64,000 bases of DNA from Escherichia coli (GTDB lineage Bacteria; Pseudomonadota; Gammaproteobacteria; Enterobacterales; Enterobacteriaceae): NCBI RefSeq assembly GCF_003991155.1, contig NZ_CP031293.1; one strand, 5' to 3'. Below are positions 47,964 through 58,697 of the stretch, one piece after another; the stretch's first letter is position 1, and each line of letters starts with the position of its first letter. The notes under the pieces were generated by a model, which was given only the letters and a program-made list of their open reading frames with translations, did not search any database and had not been told where the DNA came from. A program made the position numbers and the translations under genes.

Positions 47964-49390
47964 TGGCATTTGATGATTTACGCAGCTTTTTACAGGCGCT
48001 CGACGACCATGGGCAATTGCTGAAAATCAGCGAAGAGGTGAACGCGGAACCGGATCTGGCAGCAGCAGCTAACGCCACCGGGCGTATCGGCGACGGCGCG
48101 CCCGCGCTGTGGTTTGATAATATTCGCGGCTTTACCGATGCCCGCGTGGCAATGAACACCATCGGTTCCTGGCAGAACCACGCGATTTCCCTCGGCCTGC
48201 CGCCAAATACCCCGGTTAAAAAACAGATTGATGAGTTTATCCGCCGCTGGGATAACTTCCCGATTGCCCCGGAGCGCCGCGCCAATCCGGCCTGGGCGCA
48301 GAACACCGTTGATGGCGACGAGATCAACCTGTTCGATATCCTGCCGCTGTTTCGTTTAAACGATGGCGATGGCGGTTTCTATCTCGACAAAGCGTGCGTG
48401 GTTTCCCGCGATCCGCTTGATCCGGATAACTTCGGCAAGCAGAACGTCGGCATCTACCGTATGGAAGTGAAGGGTAAGCGTAAGCTCGGTCTGCAACCGG
48501 TGCCGATGCACGATATCGCCCTGCATCTGCATAAAGCGGAAGAGCGCGGTGAAGATCTGCCGATTGCCATCACCCTGGGTAACGACCCGATCATCACCCT
48601 GATGGGGGCCACGCCGCTGAAATACGATCAGTCCGAGTACGAAATGGCGGGCGCGCTGCGCGAAAGTCCGTACCCGATCGCCACCGCTCCGCTGACCGGT
48701 TTTGATGTGCCGTGGGGCTCGGAGGTGATCCTCGAAGGAGTCATCGAAAGCCGCAAACGCGAGATTGAAGGGCCATTCGGTGAGTTTACCGGCCACTACT
48801 CCGGCGGGCGCAATATGACCGTCGTGCGCATTGATAAAGTCTCTTATCGCAGCAAACCCATTTTTGAATCGCTCTATCTCGGGATGCCGTGGACGGAAAT
48901 CGACTACCTGATGGGGCCAGCCACCTGTGTGCCGCTGTATCAACAACTGAAAGCTGAGTTCCCGGAAGTGCAGGCGGTAAACGCCATGTACACCCACGGC
49001 CTGCTGGCGATTATCTCCACCAAAAAACGCTACGGTGGCTTTGCCCGCGCGGTGGGCCTCCGTGCGATGACCACGCCGCACGGTCTGGGCTACGTGAAGA
49101 TGGTGATTATGGTCGATGAAGACGTTGATCCGTTCAACCTGCCGCAGGTGATGTGGGCGCTCTCTTCGAAAGTGAACCCGGCAGGGGATTTGGTGCAGTT
49201 GCCGAATATGTCCGTGCTGGAACTCGACCCTGGCTCAAGTCCGGCGGGGATCACCGACAAGCTGATTATCGACGCCACCACGCCTGTCGCCCCGGACAAC
49301 CGTGGTCACTACAGTCAGCCGGTGGTGGATTTACCGGAAACCAAAGCCTGGGCTGAAAAACTGACCGCTATGCTGGCCGCACGTCAATAA
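47963..49390 (+). CDS. ecdC: UbiD-family reversible hydroxyarylic acid decarboxylase, C subunit
   Basis: 475 aa; UbiD-family sequence; translationally coupled to upstream gene. Confidence 0.85.
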   Translation: MAFDDLRSFLQALDDHGQLLKISEEVNAEPDLAAAANATGRIGDGAPALWFDNIRGFTDARVAMNTIGSWQNHAISLGLPPNTPVKKQIDEFIRRWDNFPIAPERRANPAWAQNTVDGDEINLFDILPLFRLNDGDGGFYLDKACVVSRDPLDPDNFGKQNVGIYRMEVKGKRKLGLQPVPMHDIALHLHKAEERGEDLPIAITLGNDPIITLMGATPLKYDQSEYEMAGALRESPYPIATAPLTGFDVPWGSEVILEGVIESRKREIEGPFGEFTGHYSGGRNMTVVRIDKVSYRSKPIFESLYLGMPWTEIDYLMGPATCVPLYQQLKAEFPEVQAVNAMYTHGLLAIISTKKRYGGFARAVGLRAMTTPHGLGYVKMVIMVDEDVDPFNLPQVMWALSSKVNPAGDLVQLPNMSVLELDPGSSPAGITDKLIIDATTPVAPDNRGHYSQPVVDLPETKAWAEKLTAMLAARQ

Positions 49391-49400
49391 GGAGAACAAG

Positions 49401-49637
49401 ATGATTTGTCCACGTTGTGCCGATGAACAGATTGAAGTGATGGCGAAATCGCCGGTAAAAGATGTCTGGACGGTATATCAGTGCCAGCATTGCCTTTATA
49501 CCTGGCGCGATACCGAACCGCTGCGCCGCACCAGCCGCGAACATTATCCCGAAGCGTTCCGCATGACGCAGAAAGATATTGATGACGCGCCGATGGTGCC
49601 GAGCATCCCGCCGCTGCTGGCGGAAGGTAAGTGTTAA
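49401..49637 (+). CDS. ecdD: decarboxylase small subunit D (zinc-ribbon like)
   Basis: 78 aa; CPRC...CQHC Cys pairs; position after the UbiD-like gene. Confidence 0.75.
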   Translation: MICPRCADEQIEVMAKSPVKDVWTVYQCQHCLYTWRDTEPLRRTSREHYPEAFRMTQKDIDDAPMVPSIPPLLAEGKC

Positions 49638-49639
49638 TA

Positions 49640-49676
49640 AAAAAGTGCCGGGTAGAGGCTTTGCTTTACCCGGCCA
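49640..49676. terminator. bidirectional terminator between decarboxylase operon and pphB
   Basis: AAAAA GCCGGGTA 12-nt loop TACCCGGC; T-run on the minus strand. Confidence 0.65.
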
Positions 49677-49678
49677 CG

Positions 49679-50335
49679 TTATTTAATTTTATAAAACGAT
49701 AACCGTCTGCTTTCCGGCGAGCCGGTATCAATATAAACCTGATTGGCAAATGTCTGGATATTTATAAACATCATATGTCCAAAGATAAAACAGTCGGCAC
49801 CGTTTATTTCTTTTAACTCTCCCTTGAATGATTTCTGCACGCGATCAACAGGCCAGAGTAATTCGCTTTCTGCTATTTCTTTACCAAACTGATATTCATC
49901 ACCCGGATAATCTGCATGTGCGATGACATATTTTATGTTGTCGTTAGTGATTTCAATAATATGTGGAAGGTGATGGAATTTCAGCAACAGATCTATTGCC
50001 TCTTGTTGCTCTGAATCATTTAAATTGAAAAACCAGTCACCACCGCTGGCAAGCCACATATTTCCATCGCCAGTTTCGAATGCCTCAAGCGCCATCGCTT
50101 CGTGGTTGCCTTTAGCCGATGTAAACCAGGGCTGGTTTAGCAGGCGCAGCACGTTAAGACTCTCCGGCCCACGATCAATATTATCGCCGACAGAAATAAG
50201 TAAGTCGGTTTCAGGGCAAAAAGAGAGTTGATGTAAGCGGGATTGTAATAATTGATAGTCACCATGAATATCACCAACGGCCCATATATGGCGATAGTGA
50301 TGGGCATTGATTTTTTGATAGCGTGTAGATGGCAT
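49679..50335 (-). CDS. pphB: serine/threonine protein phosphatase 2
   Basis: 218 aa; metallophosphatase motifs GDIHG, GDNIDRG, GNHE. Confidence 0.9.
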   Translation of the reverse strand: MPSTRYQKINAHHYRHIWAVGDIHGDYQLLQSRLHQLSFCPETDLLISVGDNIDRGPESLNVLRLLNQPWFTSAKGNHEAMALEAFETGDGNMWLASGGDWFFNLNDSEQQEAIDLLLKFHHLPHIIEITNDNIKYVIAHADYPGDEYQFGKEIAESELLWPVDRVQKSFKGELKEINGADCFIFGHMMFINIQTFANQVYIDTGSPESRRLSFYKIK

Positions 50336-50440
50336 GGTTTTACCCTGTAAAATAAGATTTCCTATTATACAGGGTATTTTTATTTGATTCGTCAGTTGTC
50401 GTTAATATTCCCGATAGCAAAAGACTATCGGGAATTGTTA

Positions 50441-53002
50441 TTACACCAGACTCTTCAAGCGATAAATCCACTCCAGCGCCTGACGCGGAGTCAGTGAATC
50501 CGGGTCGAGGTTTTCCAGTGCCTCGACCGCAGGCGAAGTTTCTTCCGGTAGGGACAGCAAAGACATTTGTGTACCATCCACTTGCGTAGCAGCGGCGTTC
50601 GGCGAAATGCTTTCCAGCTCACGCAGTTTTTGCCGTGCGCGCTTAATAACCTCTTTTGGCACGCCCGCCAGAGCAGCAACCGCCAGGCCGTAGCTTTTGC
50701 TCGCCGCGCCATCCTGCACGCTGTGCATAAAGGCAATGGTGTCGCCGTGCTCCAGCGCATCGAGATGCACGTTGGCGACGCCTTCCATTTTCTCCGGCAG
50801 TTGGGTCAGCTCGAAATAGTGGGTAGCAAACAGCGTCAACGCTTTGATCTTATTTGCCAGATTTTCCGCGCATGCCCACGCCAGCGACAGACCATCGTAA
50901 GTGGAAGTTCCGCGCCCAATCTCATCCATCAGCACCAGACTGTACTCGGTGGCGTTATGTAAAATATTGGCGGTTTCGGTCATCTCCACCATAAAGGTTG
51001 AACGCCCGGATGCCAGATCGTCTGCCGCGCCTACGCGGGTAAAGATACGGTCGATCGGGCCAATCTCGACTTTTTGCGCCGGTACGTAGCTGCCGATATA
51101 CGCCATCAGCGCAATCAACGCGGTCTGGCGCATATAGGTACTTTTACCGCCCATGTTCGGACCGGTAATGATCAACATGCGGCGCTGCGGCGACAGGTTC
51201 AGCGGGTTAGCGATAAACGGCTCATTCAGTACTTGTTCAACTACCGGATGGCGACCTTCGGTAATGCGAATACCCGGTTTATCAATAAAGGTCGGGCAGG
51301 TGTAGTTCAGGGTATAGGCCCGTTCCGCCAGGTTCACCAGCACGTCGAGTTCCGCCAGCGCGCTCGCGCTCTGTTGCAACGCTTCCAGATGCGGCAACAG
51401 CAGGTCGAACAGCTCTTCATAAAGTTGTTTTTCCAGAGCCAGTGCTTTGCCTTTTGAGGTGAGAACTTTATCTTCGTACTCTTTCAGCTCCGGAATAATG
51501 TAACGCTCGGCGTTTTTCAGCGTCTGGCGGCGCATGTAGTTAATCGGTGCCAGATGGCTTTGCCCACGGCTGATCTGAATGTAGTAGCCGTGCACTGCAT
51601 TAAAGCCAACTTTCAGCGTGTCCAGGCCGGTACGTTCACGCTCGCGGACCTCCAGACGCTCCAGATAATCGGTCGCACCGTCAGCCAGCGCGCGCCACTC
51701 ATCCAGCTCTTCGTTATAGCCCGATGCGATAACACCACCGTCGCGTACCAGCACCGGTGGTGTGTCGATGATTGCTCGCTCCAGCAGATCGCGCAGCTCG
51801 GCAAACTCGCCCATCTTCTCACGCAGCGCTTGTACCGGTGCACTATCGACATTTTCTAACTGCGCACGCAACTCCGGCAGTTGCTGGAAAGCGTGGCGCA
51901 TACGGGCCAGATCGCGCGGGCGAGCAGTACGTAACGCCAGACGCGCCAGAATACGTTCCAGGTCGCCCACCTGACGCAGCACAGGCTGTATCTCGGCGGT
52001 GAAATCCTGCAATGCGCCAATAGTTTGCTGGCGCTCAAGCAACACGCGGGTATCGCGCACTGGCATATGCAGCCAGCGTTTCAGCATACGACTACCCATC
52101 GGCGTTACAGTGCAGTCGAGCACTGAAGCCAGCGTGTTTTCCGCACCGCCCGCCAGGTTCTGAGTAATTTCCAGGTTACGACGCGTCGCGGCATCCATAA
52201 TGATGCTGTCCTGCTCACGTTCCATGGTGATAGAACGAATATGCGGCAGGGTCGTGCGTTGGGTATCTTTCGCATACTGCAACAGACAACCGGCAGCACA
52301 AAGTCCGCGCGGCGCGTTCTCGACGCCAAAACCGACCAGATCGCGGGTGCCAAATTGCAGATTCAACTGCTGGCGCGCAGTGTCGATTTCAAACTCCCAC
52401 AGCGGACGACGACGCAGGCCGCGACGACCTTCAATCAGCGACATCTCGGCGAAATCTTCTGCATACAACAGCTCTGCCGGGTTGGTACGTTGCAGCTCTG
52501 CAGCCATCGTTTCGCGGTCCGCCGGTTCGCTAAGGCGAAAACGCCCGGAGCTGATATCCAACGTCGCGTAGCCGAACCCTTTGCTGTCCTGCCAGATAGC
52601 TGCCAGCAGGTTATCCTGACGCTCCTGCAACAGCGCTTCATCGCTGATGGTGCCCGGCGTAACGATACGGACAACTTTGCGCTCGACCGGCCCTTTGCTG
52701 GTCGCCGGATCGCCAATTTGTTCGCAGATGGCAACGGACTCGCCCTGATTCACCAGTTTGGCGAGATAGTTTTCCACCGCATGGTAGGGGATCCCCGCCA
52801 TCGGGATCGGCTCTCCCGCGGAAGCACCGCGTTTGGTCAGTGAAATATCCAGCAGCTGCGAGGCGCGTTTCGCGTCGTCATAAAACAGTTCGTAAAAGTC
52901 ACCCATCCGATAGAACAGCAGGATCTCGGGATGCTGGGCTTTCAGCTTGAGATACTGCTGCATCATTGGCGTATGGGCATCAAAATTTTCTATTGCACTC
53001 AT
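50441..53002 (-). CDS. mutS: DNA mismatch repair protein MutS
   Basis: 853 aa; Walker [10 protein letters not shown]; canonical MutS sequence. Confidence 0.97.
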   Translation of the reverse strand: MSAIENFDAHTPMMQQYLKLKAQHPEILLFYRMGDFYELFYDDAKRASQLLDISLTKRGASAGEPIPMAGIPYHAVENYLAKLVNQGESVAICEQIGDPATSKGPVERKVVRIVTPGTISDEALLQERQDNLLAAIWQDSKGFGYATLDISSGRFRLSEPADRETMAAELQRTNPAELLYAEDFAEMSLIEGRRGLRRRPLWEFEIDTARQQLNLQFGTRDLVGFGVENAPRGLCAAGCLLQYAKDTQRTTLPHIRSITMEREQDSIIMDAATRRNLEITQNLAGGAENTLASVLDCTVTPMGSRMLKRWLHMPVRDTRVLLERQQTIGALQDFTAEIQPVLRQVGDLERILARLALRTARPRDLARMRHAFQQLPELRAQLENVDSAPVQALREKMGEFAELRDLLERAIIDTPPVLVRDGGVIASGYNEELDEWRALADGATDYLERLEVRERERTGLDTLKVGFNAVHGYYIQISRGQSHLAPINYMRRQTLKNAERYIIPELKEYEDKVLTSKGKALALEKQLYEELFDLLLPHLEALQQSASALAELDVLVNLAERAYTLNYTCPTFIDKPGIRITEGRHPVVEQVLNEPFIANPLNLSPQRRMLIITGPNMGGKSTYMRQTALIALMAYIGSYVPAQKVEIGPIDRIFTRVGAADDLASGRSTFMVEMTETANILHNATEYSLVLMDEIGRGTSTYDGLSLAWACAENLANKIKALTLFATHYFELTQLPEKMEGVANVHLDALEHGDTIAFMHSVQDGAASKSYGLAVAALAGVPKEVIKRARQKLRELESISPNAAATQVDGTQMSLLSLPEETSPAVEALENLDPDSLTPRQALEWIYRLKSLV

Positions 53003-53248
53003 GGAGTTATGTCCGGTTCCCTGATATTAAATGGGGTGTGATGGTTTTTATTTTCGTTGTAATCACATAAGGCGCACATGATACCGGAGTTAATCATTTC
53101 AGGGGAAGAAGCGAACGGCGAGTTCTTGATGGTGATTCCGGGAAAGATGCTGTTTTGCAGCTTTTGCGTGATGCTTATGAAGCAAGTACGCAAAATTGCG
53201 TCGGTTGAATAAACCTCCTCCTTCAGAGCCATAGTCCCCTTTCAAATT

Positions 53249-53271
53249 AAGTTGTAATATAAATACACCTT
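53249..53271. promoter_or_regulatory. candidate NsrR operator in ygbA promoter
   Basis: AAGTTGTAATATAAATACACCTT resembles the AT-rich inverted-repeat NsrR motif as I recall it; ygbA is a reported NsrR target. Confidence 0.35.
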
Positions 53272-53288
53272 AAGAGTATGGAGGCAGC

Positions 53289-53633
53289 ATGTCCGGCAAG
53301 CGTATCTCTCGTGAAAAACTGACGATTAAAAAAATGATCGATCTTTATCAAGCGAAATGCCCGCAGGCGTCAGCGGAGCCGGAGCATTACGACGCGCTGT
53401 TTGCCTACGCGCAAAAGCGGCTGGATAAATGTGTGTTCGGCGAAGAGAAACCAGCCTGTAAGCAGTGTCCGGTGCACTGTTACCAGCCAGCAAAGCGTGA
53501 AGAGATGAAACAGATTATGCGTTGGGCCGGGCCGCGAATGCTGTGGCGTCATCCGATCTTAACCGTGCGTCATCTCATCGATGACAAGCGTCCGGTGCCG
53601 GAGTTGCCAGAAAAATATCGTCCAAAGAAATAA
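53289..53633 (+). CDS. ygbA: nitrous-oxide-stimulated promoter family protein YgbA
   Basis: 114 aa; Cys-rich (CPQ...CKQCPVHC). Confidence 0.85.
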   Translation: MSGKRISREKLTIKKMIDLYQAKCPQASAEPEHYDALFAYAQKRLDKCVFGEEKPACKQCPVHCYQPAKREEMKQIMRWAGPRMLWRHPILTVRHLIDDKRPVPELPEKYRPKK

Positions 53634-53671
53634 ATCTGCCGGAGAGCCATACTCTCCGGCAAATAAGGCGT

Positions 53672-54100
53672 TTACGCTTTGGTGGCAATCAGGATGGCTG
53701 ATGCTTTGATCAATGCAATAACGCGCGAGCCAGTGGTGAGTTTCATTTCATCCTGACTTTCATTTGTTACCACTGCCACAATTTCAAAACCCGCATCCGT
53801 TTTGATATGGACAGTGGCGTTCACTGCGCCTTCGGTGATTGTCGACACGCTGCCAGCAAACTGGTTGCGAGCAGAGAATTTCAGTCCACAGTCTTCCGTT
53901 GCCAGTGTTACCCACGGGGCTTTAATCAGGGCAATCGCTTCTTTCCCTTTTGCCAGACCAAGAGCCTGCTGGCTGCTGTGTGTAACAATTGCCACCAGCT
54001 TTGCACCACCTGCCAGCGTCAGTTCTACTTCATCATTCACAGCGCCCATTGCTACTGCGCTAACTGTTCCGGTTAATTGATTTCTTGCTGAAACTGCCAT
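53672..54100 (-). CDS. molybdenum-pterin-binding (Mop, di-TOBE) protein
   Basis: 142 aa from MAVSARNQLTG with RBS AGGAGG; two tandem TOBE repeats each beginning SARNQ(L/F)(T/A)G(T/S)VS. Confidence 0.75.
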   Translation of the reverse strand: MAVSARNQLTGTVSAVAMGAVNDEVELTLAGGAKLVAIVTHSSQQALGLAKGKEAIALIKAPWVTLATEDCGLKFSARNQFAGSVSTITEGAVNATVHIKTDAGFEIVAVVTNESQDEMKLTTGSRVIALIKASAILIATKA

Positions 54101-54144
54101 ACTGCCTCCTTTCATTGAATGTTGATCGAGTATAACCACATCTG

Positions 54145-56223
54145 TTAAATCAATGCCGATTTATCAATTCCCAGTCGCTTCATCCGTGACAGCAGGGTCG
54201 TGCGTTTCAGCCCCAGACGTTGCGCAGCGCCTTTAGGTCCGGCAACCACGCCGTTAGTTTCTTTCAGCACGCGAACAATCAACTGATATTCATCTTCGCC
54301 CTCCTGAGCGACAACCGTTGCGGCAGGCGGCGTTTCAGGTTCTGGTAAAGCAATATCTGGCAATGACAGCTGCAGCACGTTGCCGCGTGTTAGCAATACC
54401 GCGCGCTCAATGACGTTTTCCAGCTCACGCACGTTGCCCGGCCATTCCATGTTGCTCAGGATGCGCAGCGTCTCGGCAGGAATGCTGTCGATATTGCGCC
54501 CCAGACGACGGGCAATTTTGAAGGTAAAGGCTTTCGCCAGCAGCGGAATATCTTCCGGACGCTCGCGTAGTGGCGGCAGGTGGATCGGGAATACGTTCAG
54601 GCGGTAATAGAGATCGCTACGGAACTCTCGGTCGGCGACCATTTTTTTCAGATCGCGGTTAGTCGCGGCAATTAAACGTACGTCCGTCTGAATGATTTTG
54701 TTGCTGCCAAGACGTTCAAACTCCTGTTCCTGTAATACACGCAGCAACTTCGGCTGTAACTCCAGCGGCATATCGCCCACTTCATCGAGGAATAGTGAGC
54801 TTTTATCCGCCAGTTCAAAACGACCAATGCGCTGAGCGCTGGCACCGGTAAAAGCCCCACGCTCATGACCAAATAGATCGCTTTCCAGCAATCCGGCAGG
54901 CATCGCCGCGCAGTTCATTTTGACCATGCGGCGATTATTACGCCCACTGAGATTATGGATCGCGCGGGCAATCAGCTCTTTACCTGTACCAGTTTCACCG
55001 AGGATCAGCACGGTACTGTCACTTTGCGCCACCATTTCAACTTGTTTAAGTACGCTGTACATGGCTTCGCTGCGGCCAATAATCTCGCCAAATTCACTAT
55101 CAACATTGTTGAGCTGCTCGGTCAGGGCGAGGTTTTCATCAACCAGCCGTTCTTTCAGACGATGAATTTCCTGATAGGCGAGGGCGTTATCGACAGCGAT
55201 TGCCACACGTTCGGCAATCTGGCGCAGTAAGCTCAGATTGGTAGTGGTAAATACTTTCTCTTCGCATTGCGCCAGTTTCAGCACGCCCAGCATGGTGTCG
55301 CCAGACATCAGCGGTAACAGGCACAAGGTTTGAATCTGGTTGCCCCAGGTGTCGAACAACATGCGTTCATAGGGGGCTAAATCGTCCCGCTCGTGGAGAT
55401 TAATCAACAGCATCTCTTTACTTTTGAAGACGCGTTCGGTGAGGGTTCCGGCTTCATCGACTTCGCTCTGTTCGTGGGCGGGATGCTGTTTATCAAGATA
55501 GTGAGTGGAGTAGATGTTGAGTTTGTTTTTACGGTGGCTGCGTAAGACAATGCTGATATCGTCAATGTCGAAATAGTAATGGATTTCTTTGGCGACTTCG
55601 CTGACCAGTTCGTCCATATCCAGGCGGGAAAGCACCGCGTTGGTGATGGCGACCAGGATGCGGAAGTTATCGCGTTCCCGGCATAACAACTCATAGTCGA
55701 CATTGTTAACGACGCGGCTCTGGATTTGTTCGGTGACGACAGAAACGATCTGCGTAAATGTTTGCAGGCGATTGAACTCTTTTTCACTCCACGGGCGATC
55801 GTCATAACGAATAAATTCACAGCCACCAAAAATATGCCCTTCCGCCGCCAGTGGCATCAGGCAATAGTGACCAAATTTGGGGTATAGCCCACCTGCGGCC
55901 AGCTGCGGCCAGGTTTCACAAAATTCTTCGTAACTGCAATGCAGCGTATCAGGGCGCGACAAAATGCTGCGTACCGGACCGTGTGCCAGAACAGTTTCGT
56001 CTTCATATTTAATGGGGGTGTCTTTTTCACGCGACGCGTAATAAGACGCACGTTGAGTCTGCGCTTGCCACAACACAATAGCCGCGTTGTCGGCGAGCGC
56101 AGAACGCTTTACCAGTTGCGAAAGAGCCTCACACAGCGAGGCCAGATCGGGCTGCTGCAATAGTGTCCGAGTGATGTCGAACAACCCTTGTTGTCCGAGA
56201 TCACTCATCGGTGTATATGACAT
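54145..56223 (-). CDS. fhlA: formate hydrogenlyase transcriptional activator (sigma-54 dependent)
   Basis: 692 aa from MSYTPMSDLG; GAF domains, AAA+ sigma-54 activator (GETGTGKE, GAFTGA), C-terminal HTH. Confidence 0.95.
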   Translation of the reverse strand: MSYTPMSDLGQQGLFDITRTLLQQPDLASLCEALSQLVKRSALADNAAIVLWQAQTQRASYYASREKDTPIKYEDETVLAHGPVRSILSRPDTLHCSYEEFCETWPQLAAGGLYPKFGHYCLMPLAAEGHIFGGCEFIRYDDRPWSEKEFNRLQTFTQIVSVVTEQIQSRVVNNVDYELLCRERDNFRILVAITNAVLSRLDMDELVSEVAKEIHYYFDIDDISIVLRSHRKNKLNIYSTHYLDKQHPAHEQSEVDEAGTLTERVFKSKEMLLINLHERDDLAPYERMLFDTWGNQIQTLCLLPLMSGDTMLGVLKLAQCEEKVFTTTNLSLLRQIAERVAIAVDNALAYQEIHRLKERLVDENLALTEQLNNVDSEFGEIIGRSEAMYSVLKQVEMVAQSDSTVLILGETGTGKELIARAIHNLSGRNNRRMVKMNCAAMPAGLLESDLFGHERGAFTGASAQRIGRFELADKSSLFLDEVGDMPLELQPKLLRVLQEQEFERLGSNKIIQTDVRLIAATNRDLKKMVADREFRSDLYYRLNVFPIHLPPLRERPEDIPLLAKAFTFKIARRLGRNIDSIPAETLRILSNMEWPGNVRELENVIERAVLLTRGNVLQLSLPDIALPEPETPPAATVVAQEGEDEYQLIVRVLKETNGVVAGPKGAAQRLGLKRTTLLSRMKRLGIDKSALI

Positions 56224-56296
56224 TTTGTTCTTCCAGGAAAGCACCGCAAAGCGGTGCAAAAGGTCATTGACTAACTATAGGAGATTTAGAATTTTA

Positions 56297-57307
56297 TTAG
56301 CATATACGCGGAAGCGGTTCGGCGTGTGGTAAATCGAGGGTTCGTTTCACGCCATACAGACCGGCAAGACGAACACCTTTACGTTCCACCACTTCACCAA
56401 TCAGCGCCGCGTCTTTCCCCAGTGGATGGGAATGTAACGCTGCCAGCACTTGCTCTGCCGCGTTGCGTTCAACGGCGATCACCAGTTTGCCTTCGTTGGC
56501 AAAGTTAAGGGCGTCCAGTCCCAGCAGCTCGCAAACGCCACGCACAGCAGGTTTAACCGGCAGTGCCGCTTCTGAAAGTTCAATACCACAACCGCAGGCT
56601 GCCGCGAACTCATGTACCACCGCGTTTACACCACCACGGGTGGCATCACGCAGCGCTTTCACGCCGGGAATGTCACGCAGCGTCTGAATAAGCGGCGTTA
56701 GTACGGCACAGTCGCTGACCAGTTCGCCATCCAGCCCCAGCTGCTCACGCAGGTTAAGGATAGTCGCCCCGTGGTCGCCGAGTGTACCGCTAACCAGCAA
56801 TACATCGCCTGCGGTTAGCGTCTGTGCGCCCCAGTGAATATTCGCCGGAATTGCGCCCATACCAGCGGTGTTGATAAACAGTTTATCTGCCGCGCCGCGC
56901 TGCACCACTTTAGTGTCGCCAGTAACGATGGCAATGCCTGCCGCGCGGGCGGTTTCTGCCATGCTGGTCACAACGGCTTTCAGCGTCTCCATCGGTAATC
57001 CTTCTTCAAGGATAAAGCCACAGGAGAGATAACGCGGAATAGCGCCACTGACCGCTACGTCGTTCGCGGTGCCGCAAATCGCCAGCTTGCCGATATTGCC
57101 ACCAGGAAAGAACAGCGGGTCGATGACGTAGCTGTCGGTGGTGAACGCCAGACGGTCGCCTTCCGCTACCAGCTGCGCCAGATCAAGACGTGCCTGATCT
57201 TCCTGCTCTGCCAGCCACGGGTTGGCAAAGGCTTCCATAAACAGGCTGTTGATTAATTGCTGCATCGCCTGGCCGCCGCTACCGTGGGCGAGTTGGATAT
57301 TATTCAC
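56297..57307 (-). CDS. hypE: hydrogenase maturation carbamoyl dehydratase HypE
   Basis: 336 aa; AIR-synthase-like; C-terminal PRIC motif. Confidence 0.95.
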   Translation of the reverse strand: MNNIQLAHGSGGQAMQQLINSLFMEAFANPWLAEQEDQARLDLAQLVAEGDRLAFTTDSYVIDPLFFPGGNIGKLAICGTANDVAVSGAIPRYLSCGFILEEGLPMETLKAVVTSMAETARAAGIAIVTGDTKVVQRGAADKLFINTAGMGAIPANIHWGAQTLTAGDVLLVSGTLGDHGATILNLREQLGLDGELVSDCAVLTPLIQTLRDIPGVKALRDATRGGVNAVVHEFAAACGCGIELSEAALPVKPAVRGVCELLGLDALNFANEGKLVIAVERNAAEQVLAALHSHPLGKDAALIGEVVERKGVRLAGLYGVKRTLDLPHAEPLPRIC

Positions 57308-58425
57308 GCTTCACTCTCCTGCTGACGATACTGATACCACGCGGCGCACGCTCCTTCGGAGGAAACCATCAGCGCACCAAACGCGGTTTGAGGATTACAG
57401 GTGTTACCAAACAGCGGGCATTGATGCGGCTTACATTTGCCCGTTAATACTTCTCCACAACATGCGCGCGGGTCATCGCAGACCTGCTGCGGTGCCGGGC
57501 GGAAATGCGCTTCGGCATCGAATCGTTGATAATCCGGCGTCAGGTGTACACCAGAAGATTCAATCACGCCTAAGCCGCGCCATTCGCTGTCGCCGTTGAC
57601 ACAGAACACATCGGCAATCGCCTGTTGCGCCAGCAGGTTACCGGCATCCGGCACCACCCGACGATACTGATTCTCTACCTTGCTGTGGGCCGCTATTTTC
57701 TGCTCCACCAGCATGACCACGCCTTGTAGTAGATCAAGCGGTTCGAATCCAGCAACCACCAGCGGACGATGAAAATCGCTGGCGATAAAATTATAGGCGT
57801 CGGTGCCGATAACCATACTGACGTGGCCGGGCGCGAGGAACGCGTCGATACCGTTATCCGGCTGTTCCAGCAAACTGCGCAGTGTTGGGATGAGCGTAAT
57901 GTGCTGGCAGAAGAAGTAAAAATTCTGCACATCGCGGGCTTTTGCCTGTTGCAGAGTGATGGCGGTGGTCGGCATGGTGGTTTCAAAACCTAAGCCGAAG
58001 AACACCACTTTGCGGGTTGGATTCTCCTGCGCCAGTTTCAACGCATCCATCGGCGAGTAAACGATGCGCACATCGGCACCGCGCGCTTTTGCCTGTAACA
58101 GCGAACCCTGTTTCCCTGGTACGCGCATGGCGTCGCCAAAGGTACAGAAGATGACTTCCGGATGGCTGGCAATCTCCACGCAGGTGTCGATTCTACCCAT
58201 CGGCAGTACACACACCGGGCAACCGGGACCGTGGATAAACTCAACGTTTTCCGGCAGCAACTGGTCGAGGCCGAATTTAAAAATGGCGTGGGTATGACCG
58301 CCACACACTTCCATAATCCGCAGAGGGCGTTCGGCGGTGTAAGAGAGATGTGAAGCTCGTTCGCGCAGATGCTCAATTAACTGCATCACCTGTTCCGGCG
58401 CGCGATATTCATCAACAAAACGCAT
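57304..58425 (-). CDS. hypD: hydrogenase maturation factor HypD
   Basis: 373 aa; CGxH and GPGCPVC motifs. Confidence 0.95.
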   Translation of the reverse strand: MRFVDEYRAPEQVMQLIEHLRERASHLSYTAERPLRIMEVCGGHTHAIFKFGLDQLLPENVEFIHGPGCPVCVLPMGRIDTCVEIASHPEVIFCTFGDAMRVPGKQGSLLQAKARGADVRIVYSPMDALKLAQENPTRKVVFFGLGFETTMPTTAITLQQAKARDVQNFYFFCQHITLIPTLRSLLEQPDNGIDAFLAPGHVSMVIGTDAYNFIASDFHRPLVVAGFEPLDLLQGVVMLVEQKIAAHSKVENQYRRVVPDAGNLLAQQAIADVFCVNGDSEWRGLGVIESSGVHLTPDYQRFDAEAHFRPAPQQVCDDPRACCGEVLTGKCKPHQCPLFGNTCNPQTAFGALMVSSEGACAAWYQYRQQESEA

Positions 58426-58697
58426 TATTTTTCCTCGCCATACAACAGCGCACCGACATCCGGCTCAACGTCAAACATGTTTTGTAAGGCGTCGAGAGTG
58501 TCGCGCGCTTCGGCTTCATTAATTACGCTCATGGCAAAGCCAACGTGAACCAGTACCCACTGGCCCACGCGTGGCTGACCGTTTTCATCGCAGCTGCCGA
58601 CTAACGATAAATCGACATCGCGCTGAATGCCGCAGACGTCGACTTTCGCCTGGTTGCCGTCAATGGTGCGGATCTGGCCGGGAACGCCTATGCACAT
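58425..58697 (-). CDS. hypC: hydrogenase maturation chaperone HypC
   Basis: 90 aa from MCIGVPGQ. Confidence 0.93.
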   Translation of the reverse strand: MCIGVPGQIRTIDGNQAKVDVCGIQRDVDLSLVGSCDENGQPRVGQWVLVHVGFAMSVINEAEARDTLDALQNMFDVEPDVGALLYGEEK

